The translations under genes were made by a program, and so were the position numbers. From Nitrospirota bacterium (GTDB lineage: Bacteria; Nitrospirota; UBA9217): 64,000 bases of DNA. The notes below the pieces were generated by a model. It was not told the DNA's origin. It saw only the letters and a list, made by a program, of their open reading frames with translations, and made no database searches. The DNA lies in the NCBI GenBank assembly GCA_029858565.1, contig JAOUEV010000003.1:1-64000 (forward strand). The letters are read 5' to 3'. Shown piece by piece: positions 53,392 through 63,322 of this stretch (its first letter is position 1; the number at the start of each line of letters is the position of its first letter).

Positions 53392-53599
53392 AGTCGTAGG
53401 TTGGGCTGAGTTACACGAAGCCCAACACTCCTATTCGCGACCCTATCGCAGCTTCCAGTCAGGCAGGGTAAAAGCTTACCCTGCCCACAATTTCTCGAAC
53501 ATGATTCGTTGGGCTTCACACGAACCGTTCAGCACAACCTACGACTGATGCACTCAATAATCAATCACGTCGGATTTCGCCTGGCTCTATCCGACCTAC
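53392..53599. repeat. GTAG-type REP elements: inverted pair (REPIN-like) plus a third copy
   Basis: GTAG-hairpin at 53396-53426 (+), 53508-53542 (-) and 53569-53599 (-); outer 12-bp perfect inverted repeat agtcgtaggttg. Confidence 0.75.
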
Positions 53600-54603
53600 G
53601 ACTGGTCAATATTATCTTCCAAGTAGGTTTTGATGATTTCTTTTTTTGAAATCGGCCTCACTTGGCCTCTTTCAATAATAATGTCCATTTTTACGTGGCT
53701 GACTCCAACAGTTTCCTTCCAAGGCAATTCGAAAGTCTCACTAGTTTCCGGATTTTCAAAACGACACTTGTCTCCCGAGATCCCATTTATCATACGGAGC
53801 CAGCTAATCACATTATTGATGGATGCTGATATCAGTAGAAGCCCATTGGCTAAATTGACTGGGTTCCAGTTATGCGCGTGCCTGCTTGGTCGGAAATTAT
53901 ACTTGTCGCTCGGGTCAATACGATCCGGAACAAAGTATGACGACCCATACAGACTACTTCCTATCAATTCCATTTTTTCTGGTGCTGCCGGGACACCCGG
54001 TTTATCTTCTATTCCAAATGCTAGATGAAAGCCACCTGGCCTCACTCGGAATCCATGTTTTAATCCGTTATATTCTAAAATCATATCGGCATTGACAAAA
54101 TCACTTGCAAAGTGTCGCCATAACCTCCCAAACCCAGATTGAATCCATTCTTTCTTTTCTTCATCATATTTAAGATAGGTGTGGACAAGCTTAGCCAAAT
54201 ACTCCCACGTAACCGGCCGGTCCTTCATTCTTGTATAAATTGATTTATCAAGTGATATTTTTCTGACAAGATCCACAAGATCATTATTTCGATAGCAGAG
54301 AATCCATCCAAGCGAGCACTGAGGGGCCTGTACTGCTGAACAGAGTAACGCGAATAGAGTTTCCAAACCATGGTAATAGGCAAGTCGCAACGACAAAGCC
54401 GCCTTTTGTTTGTCTGCCCCTTCCAGATGATCTGACTGCGTCCTTACAATATAGTCGAAATAATCGGGTTCGAATCCTTCAAGAAACTCTAGATTCTTTT
54501 TCACCAATTCCATATCCCAAAAGGCAAAAGGTGTTTCATTGACTACAAACCTAATCACTTCCATAATCATATTCCTCGTAGAGTCTGATAACGGGGTAGC
54601 CAT
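53596..54603 (-). CDS. Hypothetical cassette protein, possible divergent HEPN
   Basis: AT-rich 335-aa ORF co-oriented with the array; EYNGLKHG motif. Confidence 0.7.
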   Translation of the reverse strand: MATPLSDSTRNMIMEVIRFVVNETPFAFWDMELVKKNLEFLEGFEPDYFDYIVRTQSDHLEGADKQKAALSLRLAYYHGLETLFALLCSAVQAPQCSLGWILCYRNNDLVDLVRKISLDKSIYTRMKDRPVTWEYLAKLVHTYLKYDEEKKEWIQSGFGRLWRHFASDFVNADMILEYNGLKHGFRVRPGGFHLAFGIEDKPGVPAAPEKMELIGSSLYGSSYFVPDRIDPSDKYNFRPSRHAHNWNPVNLANGLLLISASINNVISWLRMINGISGDKCRFENPETSETFELPWKETVGVSHVKMDIIIERGQVRPISKKEIIKTYLEDNIDQS

Positions 54604-54937
54604 GGGATCGCTTTTTGATAGGCTAATTCCGGGACGTTGATGCTTTTAATGCATTGCGACCAAAATTACGGAATGTAATCTGTATCAGCCTATCACGTTC
54701 GTCCGCTGTAGCTTACAGGAAGTTATCTTGGTTAGTGGTTCGCGACGGTTAGGAGTATATCAGAAACCTACGAACGGATAAAGCGAAATAATGGGAGTAT
54801 GCCGGGACTTCGGTCACGATCGGAGAGCTTGCATAAACGTTGAGCGCGGACTGCGGACGGTCGGGCAGGGACTGCGATTTAGCTCTTGTAAACACACGAT
54901 ACTATCAGGTAAAATCTTCATCGTTGGAGGGGGACCC

Positions 54938-55783
54938 ATGCGGATCGCGGGCATACAAACAGGCGCTTCTCACGACGTGGACAGGAACATCACCCACGCT
55001 GTGGAGCTTGCCGAGATAGCGGCGGAAAAAGGCGCAAAGTCCATTTGCTTCTCCGAACTGTGCCTCACGCCGTGGTTCCTGCGGCATGAGGACAAGAAAT
55101 ACCTGGAGCTTGCCCGTGAGCGTTCCAGCGGCATCCTTGATCCTTTCCTGGCATCATCGCTCAAGACCAAGACCGTCATCGTACTCCCCTTTTTCGAGAG
55201 GTATGATGGCAGGTTTTTCAGCAGCGCGGCCGTCATGGACTGCGGCGTTCTGAAGGGTGTTTACCGCAAGGTCCATATTCCCGATCTTCCCCTGTACAAG
55301 GAGCGGTTCTATCTCAGCTCCGGAGACGGCGACTTTCCGGTCTTCGAGACCTCGCACGGCAGGATCGGCGTGCAGCTCTGCTGGGACAACCTGTTCCCCG
55401 AAGGAACGCGCATCCTGGCGCTCAAGGGCGCGGATTTGGTCTTTGCTCCCACGGCCGCGTCGCAGGATACCCATGCGCACTGGGAACGGGCGATCTCCGC
55501 GAACGCTTTTGCGAACAACCTGACCGTGTTCCGGGTGAACCGCGTGGGGACCGAGGACGGGCTTGTGTTCTACGGCAGGAGTTTCTGCGCAGGACCCTGG
55601 GGAGACATGGTCTCGGAGCTGGCAGGCAGCAAGGAGGCGATCGTGATGGCCGAGGTCGACCCTCGCGAGCGCGACACGGCGCGGGAGACCTGGGGATTCC
55701 TGAACCATCGGCAACCGTCAGCGTACAGGGATATTATCAATGACCGGCCGGGGCCGGGCGCATCAAGGGAGCAGAAGAACTGA
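54938..55783 (+). CDS. Carbon-nitrogen hydrolase (nitrilase superfamily)
   Basis: Glu-Lys-Cys triad: FSEL, YRKVHIP, LCWD; RBS ggagg. Confidence 0.92.
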   Translation: MRIAGIQTGASHDVDRNITHAVELAEIAAEKGAKSICFSELCLTPWFLRHEDKKYLELARERSSGILDPFLASSLKTKTVIVLPFFERYDGRFFSSAAVMDCGVLKGVYRKVHIPDLPLYKERFYLSSGDGDFPVFETSHGRIGVQLCWDNLFPEGTRILALKGADLVFAPTAASQDTHAHWERAISANAFANNLTVFRVNRVGTEDGLVFYGRSFCAGPWGDMVSELAGSKEAIVMAEVDPRERDTARETWGFLNHRQPSAYRDIINDRPGPGASREQKN

Positions 55784-55785
55784 TC

Positions 55786-56454
55786 ATGGGAAATGTCCAG
55801 CAGATAGAGTTCATGAAAGACCTTGCCCCGAGACTCCGGGGGCCTATCCTCGAGATCGGCAGCAAGCGCTATGGCGGCTACCCGATGTTCTTTGACTACC
55901 GGACCCTCTTCCCCGAGGGTACGAAGTATGTTGGCGCGGACATGGAGGCAGGCGACGGTGTCGATGCGGTTGCCGATCTGACGGAGGATATCGAGGTGAT
56001 CCGTCAGAAGCTTGGTACGGCGAGCTTCCAGACCATTATCTGCTTGAGCGTAATGGAGCACGTCGGCGACATAGCGGCTTTTTCCCGCAACGTGGAAGCC
56101 TTGCTGGAGCCCGGCGGCACGCTGGTGCTCTCGGTGCCCTTTGTCTGGGAGATCCACGCGTATCCTTACGATTACTGGCGCTTCACGCCCCGCGCCATCG
56201 AATTCCTCTACCGGAACATTGCATTTGATCCCGCGATCAGCCGCCTGCATACTGACACCGGGCGGGTGGCGAGCCTGCGTGATGTCGGGGATGACATGAA
56301 CCGGTTCGTGAAGATGATCTACAAGCCCGGCGGCAAGAAGACGATCGGCCAGCGGGTCCGGATCATGGGCTACTCCCTGTTCCGCAGGATGCTCGGCCTT
56401 GGCAAGAATCCCCTCTATAACACCCATATCGAGATGGTCGGACGCAGGAAGTAG
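55786..56454 (+). CDS. Class I SAM-dependent methyltransferase
   Basis: ILEIGS, VMEHV, LLEPGG, HAYPYDYWRFT. Confidence 0.88.
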   Translation: MGNVQQIEFMKDLAPRLRGPILEIGSKRYGGYPMFFDYRTLFPEGTKYVGADMEAGDGVDAVADLTEDIEVIRQKLGTASFQTIICLSVMEHVGDIAAFSRNVEALLEPGGTLVLSVPFVWEIHAYPYDYWRFTPRAIEFLYRNIAFDPAISRLHTDTGRVASLRDVGDDMNRFVKMIYKPGGKKTIGQRVRIMGYSLFRRMLGLGKNPLYNTHIEMVGRRK

Positions 56455-56524
56455 GGTCCGCAGCAGTACACGCCTCAGCTTAATTACGGGTTTACATTCC
56501 CTCCATGCTATGTTACAAATCATC

Positions 56525-59302
56525 ATGACGCAGTTTCTCCGTCTGTGCTCCGCTCTCTGCCTTACCCTGCTGCTCCTTCCCGTCTCCGCCGCGGCCGGGG
56601 ATCTCTTTGGCCTCCCCATACGATCGATCATGCATGTTGATGAAGACGGCGCGCCCTGGCCCGAGGCAGACAGTCTTCTGCCGCTTCTCATGGTCAAGCC
56701 GGGCGATCGCCTCGACGCTGAGACGGTCCGCGAAGGGATCACGAACCTCTATCTCAAGCGGCAGTTCCGGGACGTCCGGGTCGAGGCCTATGGGGAGAAC
56801 GGCGGCGTGGCGCTTGTTGTACACTTGACACCAGTCACCATCGTGGACAAGATCGTTCTGCGGGGCAACCACTCCCTGTCCGATCGGGCGATCAAGGATG
56901 CCATGGCCGGCATGGTAGGCAGGGAGCTTCGCGAGGAACAGTATCCCGACATCAGGATGAGCATCCAGGCGCTTTATCAGGCTGAGGGCTTCTACGGCGT
57001 GCGCGTGAACTTCAGGTCGGAGAAAGCCTCCCGGCCCCATGCCGTGCATCTGTATGTCTATGTGATCGAACCGAAGCGGACGGTTATCGAGAAGGTCCGT
57101 TTCAGGGGAAATACCGTGTTCGCGGAGAAGGAACTGGCTTCCGCGATGCAGAACAGGGCAGGGACACCGCTCCTGACCAATGTCCTGTTCGAGCAGGACC
57201 TGCCCGCGATCCAGCGGATATATGCAGAGGCCGGGTACCCGGCTGCCCAGCCCGGACCGGTCAGCATGAGCTTTAAGGAGGAGCGGGCGTTCCTGGATAT
57301 CGGCGGCAGTGAGGGGCCGAAGGTGACGGTTTCCTTTGGCGGCAACCGGGTGTTCAGCGATAGAGAGCTCGGGGAGCTTCTGATACTGCGTCAGGAGCAT
57401 GATGTGTCGGACACGGTGATCGAGAGCAGCGCGGAAAAGATCCGCAACGCCTACCGGGACGAAGGCTACGCCGATGTGAAGGTCGAAACAGCAAAAAGGA
57501 CCGGCAGTCCGGCGGCATTGCACATTCACTTCGCGGTCACCGAAGGCCCGCGGGTGATCGTGGAAACCGTGCGCGTGGAGGGCAACAGCAGTCTGGGCAC
57601 CACGGAGATCCTCGACATCATGGAGACCAAGGGTACCCGCTGGTACCGTCGAGCAAGGCCTTTTCGCGAAGACCTGCTTGAAAAGGACCGTGATCACGTC
57701 CTGGACCGTTATAATGCCGCCGGCTTTCTCAACGCCGAGGTCAAGATTATCGTAGCGCGGTCCGCGGATGGGAAAACAGCGACCATCACGCTGAAGATCG
57801 TTGAGGGGATGAAGACCCTGGTGGGGAACATTTCCTTTGAAGGAAATGCACTTTTCCCGAGGGAAGAACTGGCCTCGATTGTGGCTGTCAAGTCCGGAAT
57901 GCCCTACAGCGACCGCATGGTGGAGGAGGATAAATACCGCCTGCTGACGCGCTACGCTGCAAAAGGATACCTCTATGCCCGGGTGGATGCGGAAAAGCGA
58001 TCCGTTGCCGGAGAAGGCCAGACAGAGGTAATGGACATCCAGTTCCGCATCACCGAGGACAAGCTGGTCACGGTCGGCACGGTCATCCTTCGGGGAAACG
58101 CCTATACCCGCGACTGGGTCCTGATGCGGGAGCTGGAGCCGAAAAAAGGCGAACCTTACAGCTACGAAAAGATACTGCAGAGCCAGCAGCGGGTCTACCG
58201 GTACGGTTATTTCAGCCAGGCGCGATACGAGCCCATAAAACCCTTTGAACGGACCTACCAGAAGGATATGCTTTTCACAGTGGAGGAGCGCCCCGCAGGC
58301 GCCGTGGAGTTCGGCGTGGGGTACGGCGACCTGGACCGCTTGCGCGGGTTCGTGGAGCTGTCCCACCGCAACCTCTGGGGCACGGCGCGTTACGCGAGCC
58401 TGCGGCTCGAGGGAAGCGATATCCTGAAGCGCGCGGCGGCAACGTTCCAGGAGCCCTGGTTCCTGGGACATCGGCTCCAAAGCCACCTTACCCTTGCATG
58501 GTCGGACCGTAAGAACATCAACCAGGACACGCGGGACGTGAACTACCAGACCAGGAAGACCACCGCGGCCTACGGTATTGACAAGCTCTACAACGGTTTC
58601 AAGAGCTCCCTGACCTACCAGTTCGAGAACGTGGACAACTACAACGTCAAGCCCGAGGCGCAGCTCAGCTTCGAGGACAGCGGCAGGGTCCTGATCTCCA
58701 GCCTGAACCCGGCGGTCATCTGGGACCTGCGCGACGATCCTTTCAATCCTACCCGCGGCGGCATTCACGGCATCGTGGTGAAGGAATCAATGAAGGAGCT
58801 GGGTTCCGAGGCGGTATTCACCAAGGCTTCGGTCCAGAGCTCCTGGTTCTTCGGGCTTTTCGGCAGATCCGTTCTTGCCCTGTCGGGCCGCGCCGGAATG
58901 GCCTGGGCCCACCAGGACACCGAGGTCGTCCCCATCCACGAGCGGTTCTATCTTGGCGGCGGTACCACGATCCGGGGCTACACGCAGGATTCCGTCGGGC
59001 CCTACATCGTTGATGCGGCAGGCGAGCGGATCCCGACCGGCGGCTCCAGCATGGCGCAATTGAACGCCGAAGTCCGGGTGAACAGTACCACCGGAGGAGG
59101 GGGGATCGTCCTTTTCACCGACGGAGGCAACGTGTGGATCGACAAGAAGATCCGGCCCGACGATCTCCGGGCATCCTACGGCATCGGTCTCCGGTACAAT
59201 ACGCCGGTCGGCCCGCTGCGCGTGGATTACGGCCAGAAGATCCACCGGAGGTCGGGCGAGACACCCGGGGAACTGCATTTCAATATCGGCCATGCGTTCT
59301 GA
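56525..59302 (+). CDS. Omp85-family (BamA/TamA-like) protein with POTRA repeats
   Basis: Repeated GN-containing POTRA units, TIRGY, TPVGPLRVDYG, C-terminal FNIGHAF. Confidence 0.9.
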   Translation: MTQFLRLCSALCLTLLLLPVSAAAGDLFGLPIRSIMHVDEDGAPWPEADSLLPLLMVKPGDRLDAETVREGITNLYLKRQFRDVRVEAYGENGGVALVVHLTPVTIVDKIVLRGNHSLSDRAIKDAMAGMVGRELREEQYPDIRMSIQALYQAEGFYGVRVNFRSEKASRPHAVHLYVYVIEPKRTVIEKVRFRGNTVFAEKELASAMQNRAGTPLLTNVLFEQDLPAIQRIYAEAGYPAAQPGPVSMSFKEERAFLDIGGSEGPKVTVSFGGNRVFSDRELGELLILRQEHDVSDTVIESSAEKIRNAYRDEGYADVKVETAKRTGSPAALHIHFAVTEGPRVIVETVRVEGNSSLGTTEILDIMETKGTRWYRRARPFREDLLEKDRDHVLDRYNAAGFLNAEVKIIVARSADGKTATITLKIVEGMKTLVGNISFEGNALFPREELASIVAVKSGMPYSDRMVEEDKYRLLTRYAAKGYLYARVDAEKRSVAGEGQTEVMDIQFRITEDKLVTVGTVILRGNAYTRDWVLMRELEPKKGEPYSYEKILQSQQRVYRYGYFSQARYEPIKPFERTYQKDMLFTVEERPAGAVEFGVGYGDLDRLRGFVELSHRNLWGTARYASLRLEGSDILKRAAATFQEPWFLGHRLQSHLTLAWSDRKNINQDTRDVNYQTRKTTAAYGIDKLYNGFKSSLTYQFENVDNYNVKPEAQLSFEDSGRVLISSLNPAVIWDLRDDPFNPTRGGIHGIVVKESMKELGSEAVFTKASVQSSWFFGLFGRSVLALSGRAGMAWAHQDTEVVPIHERFYLGGGTTIRGYTQDSVGPYIVDAAGERIPTGGSSMAQLNAEVRVNSTTGGGGIVLFTDGGNVWIDKKIRPDDLRASYGIGLRYNTPVGPLRVDYGQKIHRRSGETPGELHFNIGHAF

Positions 59303-59465
59303 GCTAATTTCCCCTTAGAGATCACGTCATGATCCAGCTTTTCCAATCCTGGCAGTAGAGCTTCAAAAACATTGACTCCGCTCCCTTGCCCAACTGGACG
59401 TTCCTCCCAGGCGGTGGTATTATTGAGTACGCGGACCCGCTGTCCGGTCCCTTCCCTATTACAAT

Positions 59466-61397
59466 ATGAAGATCCATAGAAGACTGATCGTCCTTGTCGG
59501 CCTCGGTATGCTGCTCATCATGAGCATCACCGTGCTGTCGCTGCTCAACATAACGGCCGAGTTTACGGCGTCCATGCGGCGGATGGGGCAGATATCGCTG
59601 GAGGTCAAGCGGATATGGACCATCGAGCAGAGGATCGGCGACGCGACGCGGGCGGTGCGCAGATACGTTGAGACCGGCGACAGCCGCTTCAAGGCGAACT
59701 ATGCGAGCTTTCATGACGAGATCAAGCGGGAGCTGGACGAGACCCGTTCCCTGACGCTGGTCGACCGGGAACTTGTGCTCATTACGGCTTTGATCAATGA
59801 TTTCCGCACGATGGAAGAGCAGGCGGAGCGGATCTTTTCACTGCCCCTGAATTCTTCCCGCGACCGCGCAGCTGCGAAGCCCATCCTTGCGGACCTGGAC
59901 AATCTGGTCATCTGGACGCAGCACGATATCGAACGCTACCGCGAGGACAATGCCACCAAGCTCGACGAGGTTGCATCGGAGCTGGGCGGGACGAAAGTCC
60001 GCATCAGTTTCCTCTTTGGTCTGATCCTGGTCACCATGGTCGGGCTTCTTTTCGCTTTGGGGATCTATCTCTACCGCAAGGTCTCCCTGCCGTTGTCCCA
60101 GCTCTGGGCCGGCACCGGCGAGATCAGCCGGGGAAACCTTGATTATCAGGTGCAGGTCCGCGGCGAGAACGATATTGTGCACCTTGCTGAACGGTTCAAT
60201 GAGATGTCGCAAAAGCTCAAGGTCTCCTATGCGGCCCTTGAAGATCGGCTCCTGGATCGGACAAAGCAGCTCACCGCGCTGAACTCGGTCTCCCTGACCC
60301 TGGGCCAGGGCGGCTCCCTCCGTGAGGTGCTGCAGCGTTCGCTGACAACGGTCCTCCAGAGCTTTGCGGACATGGCGCCGCGCGGCGGCATCTTTTTGTG
60401 CGAACCCGACGGCGAAACGCTCCATCTCGTCGCCCATGTGGGCCTGCCCCGCGATTTCGCGGTCAAGGAAGAGCGGATCCGGATGGGTGAATGCCTCTGC
60501 GGCATCGCGGCCCAGACCGGCGAGGTCATCTACACCGAGCAGGGATGCAGCGATCCCCGCCATACGCGGCAGGCCTGGTCTGTGGCCGGGGCTCATATCG
60601 TCGTGCCGATAAAATCACGCGGGATCGTGCTGGGCGTCATGTTCCTCTATCCGGCGCGACAGTTCAGCCTGAAGCAGTCCGACCTGCAGCTGTTCGATAC
60701 TATCGGCGCCGGCCTCGGCATGGCCGTGGAGAACCTGCGGCTCTACGGCGAGGTGAAGCAATCCAGCCACCGCTACTGGGACCTTTTTGAAAAGTCCCGT
60801 GACATCCTGTTCACCATGGACATGGAGGGACGGCTTACCTCGGCGAACGAGGCAATGGAGCATTTCACCGGCAGGCCCAAGTCCGGCATCATCGGCGCCA
60901 ACATCGTCGATTTCCTTGCCGATGACGGGAAAGCGCTGATCCGCCGCATCCTGATCGGAGAGGAGCCCCTTGCCGACCGGATCCATGAGATCGAGATGAC
61001 GCGGCCCAACGGGGAGCGGGCGTTCCTCGAGATCAGCGGCAGGAGCCTGTTCCAGCTCAATAAGCCGCTGGGATTCCAGATCGCCGCGCGGGACGTGACC
61101 GAGCAGAAGATCCTTCGCGAATTGGTGGTCCAGGCGGAACGGCTCGCGGCCATCGGACAGATCATGGTCACGGTCCGGCACGAGGTCAACAATCCGCTCA
61201 CCACCGTGATCGGGAATATCGAGCTTCTGATCGACCGGTACGGACAGGGCGACGGCGATCTCAAAAGGCGCCTCGAGACGGTGCTGGACAATTCGCTGCG
61301 CATCTCCGAGATCATCAAACGGCTTCAGGAGATCAAGGAGGTCAAGACCGTTGACTATGTGAAGGGTGTGAAAATGACCGATCCGGGGTCCCGCTAG
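59466..61397 (+). CDS. Membrane HAMP-GAF-PAS-HisKA protein lacking the HATPase domain
   Basis: Two TMs, HAMP, GAF (GECLCG), PAS, HEVNNPL; protein ends about 70 aa after the His with no N/G boxes. Confidence 0.88.
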   Translation: MKIHRRLIVLVGLGMLLIMSITVLSLLNITAEFTASMRRMGQISLEVKRIWTIEQRIGDATRAVRRYVETGDSRFKANYASFHDEIKRELDETRSLTLVDRELVLITALINDFRTMEEQAERIFSLPLNSSRDRAAAKPILADLDNLVIWTQHDIERYREDNATKLDEVASELGGTKVRISFLFGLILVTMVGLLFALGIYLYRKVSLPLSQLWAGTGEISRGNLDYQVQVRGENDIVHLAERFNEMSQKLKVSYAALEDRLLDRTKQLTALNSVSLTLGQGGSLREVLQRSLTTVLQSFADMAPRGGIFLCEPDGETLHLVAHVGLPRDFAVKEERIRMGECLCGIAAQTGEVIYTEQGCSDPRHTRQAWSVAGAHIVVPIKSRGIVLGVMFLYPARQFSLKQSDLQLFDTIGAGLGMAVENLRLYGEVKQSSHRYWDLFEKSRDILFTMDMEGRLTSANEAMEHFTGRPKSGIIGANIVDFLADDGKALIRRILIGEEPLADRIHEIEMTRPNGERAFLEISGRSLFQLNKPLGFQIAARDVTEQKILRELVVQAERLAAIGQIMVTVRHEVNNPLTTVIGNIELLIDRYGQGDGDLKRRLETVLDNSLRISEIIKRLQEIKEVKTVDYVKGVKMTDPGSR

Positions 61398-62060
61398 ATG
61401 ACCTGGAGGCGCGGCAAGAGGGACAGGCCGTGGACCGGTCTGCTCGCGGCGGTGGCGGCTGTTGCGCAGCTCCTCATCGCGGCACCTGCCGGCGCGGAGC
61501 TGGTCGACCGGGTTATCGCCGCGGTGAACAACGATGTGATCACCCGCAGCGAGCTCCGGCAGGCGGTCATGTTCAACCTCAGCCTGTCCGGCGGGAGCGA
61601 GGCCGGCCGCAAGGTCGAAGCAGAGACGCTGGAAGGCCTGATCAACCGGAAGCTGCTGCTGCAGGAAGCCTATCGTCTGCGCTATGTCGAGGTGACCGAT
61701 CAGGACGCGGCTGAGGAGGTCAAGAAGCTCCGCGCCAGGCTCGGAACGGAGCAGGCGTTCCAGGACCTGCTGGAGCGCACCGGCATGACCGGGGACAGGC
61801 TTGCCCGCCTTCTGGGAGAGCGCCTCCTGGTGGAGCGTTTCATTGACAAGAAGATCGGGATCTTTGCCCGTGTCAACCGCGACGAGGTCGAGCAGTACTA
61901 CCGCGAGCATGGGACGGAATTCAGCGGCAAGCGTTTCCCCGAGGTCCAGAAGCAGATCACCGCTTTCCTGACCCAGCAGAAGACGCTCCAGCAGCTCGAT
62001 CTGTATATCGCTGAACTGCGGGGCAGGGCGGATATACGGATCAATGGGATGGAAGAGTGA
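61398..62060 (+). CDS. SurA N-terminal-domain chaperone
   Basis: Signal peptide, DRVIAAVNNDVITRSEL, LINRKLLLQEA, LRGRADI. Confidence 0.85.
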   Translation: MTWRRGKRDRPWTGLLAAVAAVAQLLIAAPAGAELVDRVIAAVNNDVITRSELRQAVMFNLSLSGGSEAGRKVEAETLEGLINRKLLLQEAYRLRYVEVTDQDAAEEVKKLRARLGTEQAFQDLLERTGMTGDRLARLLGERLLVERFIDKKIGIFARVNRDEVEQYYREHGTEFSGKRFPEVQKQITAFLTQQKTLQQLDLYIAELRGRADIRINGMEE

Positions 62061-62082
62061 CTAGTGACGAGAGACGAGTGAG
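62055..62082. repeat. Four tandem heptamers starting at the stop codon
   Basis: gagtgac tagtgac gagagac gagtgag. Confidence 0.7.
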
Positions 62083-62094
62083 GAAAAGGGCTTT

Positions 62095-63033
62095 ATGAAA
62101 AAAATCATCATATCCGCGGTCGCGATTGCCCTGCTTGCCGGTCTGTCCGGTTGCACGTTGCTCAAAGTGAACGTTCTGGAGGAGCTCCAGCCCTTTGAAG
62201 AGAAGGTCATCGCCGGCAGCGGCAGCGACAAGGTCCTGGTCATCGACCTCACCGGCGTGATCATGAGCGGCGACAGCGGCGGGATCGGCGACCGGAAAAA
62301 ACCCGGCCTTCTGGCAAAGATGCGCGAGACCCTGGATTGCGCGCGGTCGGACAAGAGCATCAAGGCTGTGGTACTCCGGATCAGCAGCCCCGGAGGCGGG
62401 GTCACGGCATCGGACACGCTCTATCATGAACTGAAGCGTTACAAGCAGGAAGCCGGGGTGACCCTGGTCGCCCATATCATGGATGTGGGGGCTTCAGGCG
62501 CCTATTACGCCGCGCTCGCGGCGGACGCGATCACAGCCCAGCCTACGAGCATTACCGGCAGCATCGGCGTGATCATGTACCGCGTGGATGCCACCGCGCT
62601 CATGCAGAAGATCGGGGTCCAGGCCGTTGCCATCGCTTCGAACGAGCGCAAGAGCATGGGTTCTCCCTTCCGTCCCTTTACCGAGGAAGAGCGCAAGCAT
62701 TTCCAGGGAGTGATCGACACGCTCTACGGCCGCTTCGCAGGTCTTGTTGCCGAGGAACGCAAGATGACCCCCGATGCGGTGAAGCTGGTGGCCGATGGCA
62801 GGATCCTTATGAGCGATGAGGCGCGCAAGGCCGGCCTGATCGACGGGATCGGATATCTCGATGATGCGGTCGCGCTGGCGAAGAAGAAGGCCGGGCTCAA
62901 GGAAGCATCGGTCGTCATGTACCATCGCCCGGGTGAATACCGCGCCAACCTCTACTCCCAGAACCTGGTATCCATAGACATGGGCGCATGGACCGATGCC
63001 GGCGCGCAGTTCCTCTATCTGTGGTGGCCCTGA
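62095..63033 (+). CDS. sppA: Signal peptide peptidase SppA (S49), lipoprotein
   Basis: LSGC lipobox, SPGG, ASGAYY, GSIGV, GLIDGIG. Confidence 0.93.
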   Translation: MKKIIISAVAIALLAGLSGCTLLKVNVLEELQPFEEKVIAGSGSDKVLVIDLTGVIMSGDSGGIGDRKKPGLLAKMRETLDCARSDKSIKAVVLRISSPGGGVTASDTLYHELKRYKQEAGVTLVAHIMDVGASGAYYAALAADAITAQPTSITGSIGVIMYRVDATALMQKIGVQAVAIASNERKSMGSPFRPFTEEERKHFQGVIDTLYGRFAGLVAEERKMTPDAVKLVADGRILMSDEARKAGLIDGIGYLDDAVALAKKKAGLKEASVVMYHRPGEYRANLYSQNLVSIDMGAWTDAGAQFLYLWWP

Positions 63034-63134
63034 CCTGCATAAGCCGGAAGCAAAGCGCTTGTGACCACGGGCGTCGACGCCGCGCATTGATGGCAACGAA
63101 ATCTGGGCACCACTTTTTAACAAGATGCCGGTCA

Positions 63135-63218
63135 GCCACAAAAAGCACATAACGCGCAAAAGGGATTAAAGGCAACAATTGGCTGCCTTTTTTTTGTGAA
63201 TTCTGTGCCTTTTGCGGC
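63135..63218. repeat. 27-bp imperfect inverted repeat of CACA/CGCA-AAA units
   Basis: gccacaaaaagcacataacgcgcaaaa versus ttttgtgaattctgtgccttttgcggc, 21/27. Confidence 0.7.
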
Positions 63219-63322
63219 CAATCCCGTTCCCTCCTCCTTCCTGTTCACTACAATCCAAGATATTTCTTGCAGAGGTCTGGGGTATTGTGTAAAATTCGAC
63301 ACAGTCTGTTCAAGGGAGCGCG

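Larger units (their letters stand above)
48012..54603 (-). mobile_element. Integron gene-cassette array, no integrase in window (CALIN)
   Basis: Four co-oriented AT-rich genes separated by attC-like hairpins; one attC is targeted by a IIC-attC intron. Confidence 0.85.

Noticed and set aside
54720-54755. Three GTTA motifs as an attI site
   Set aside because: They are on the wrong strand for the minus-strand cassettes, and no integrase adjoins.
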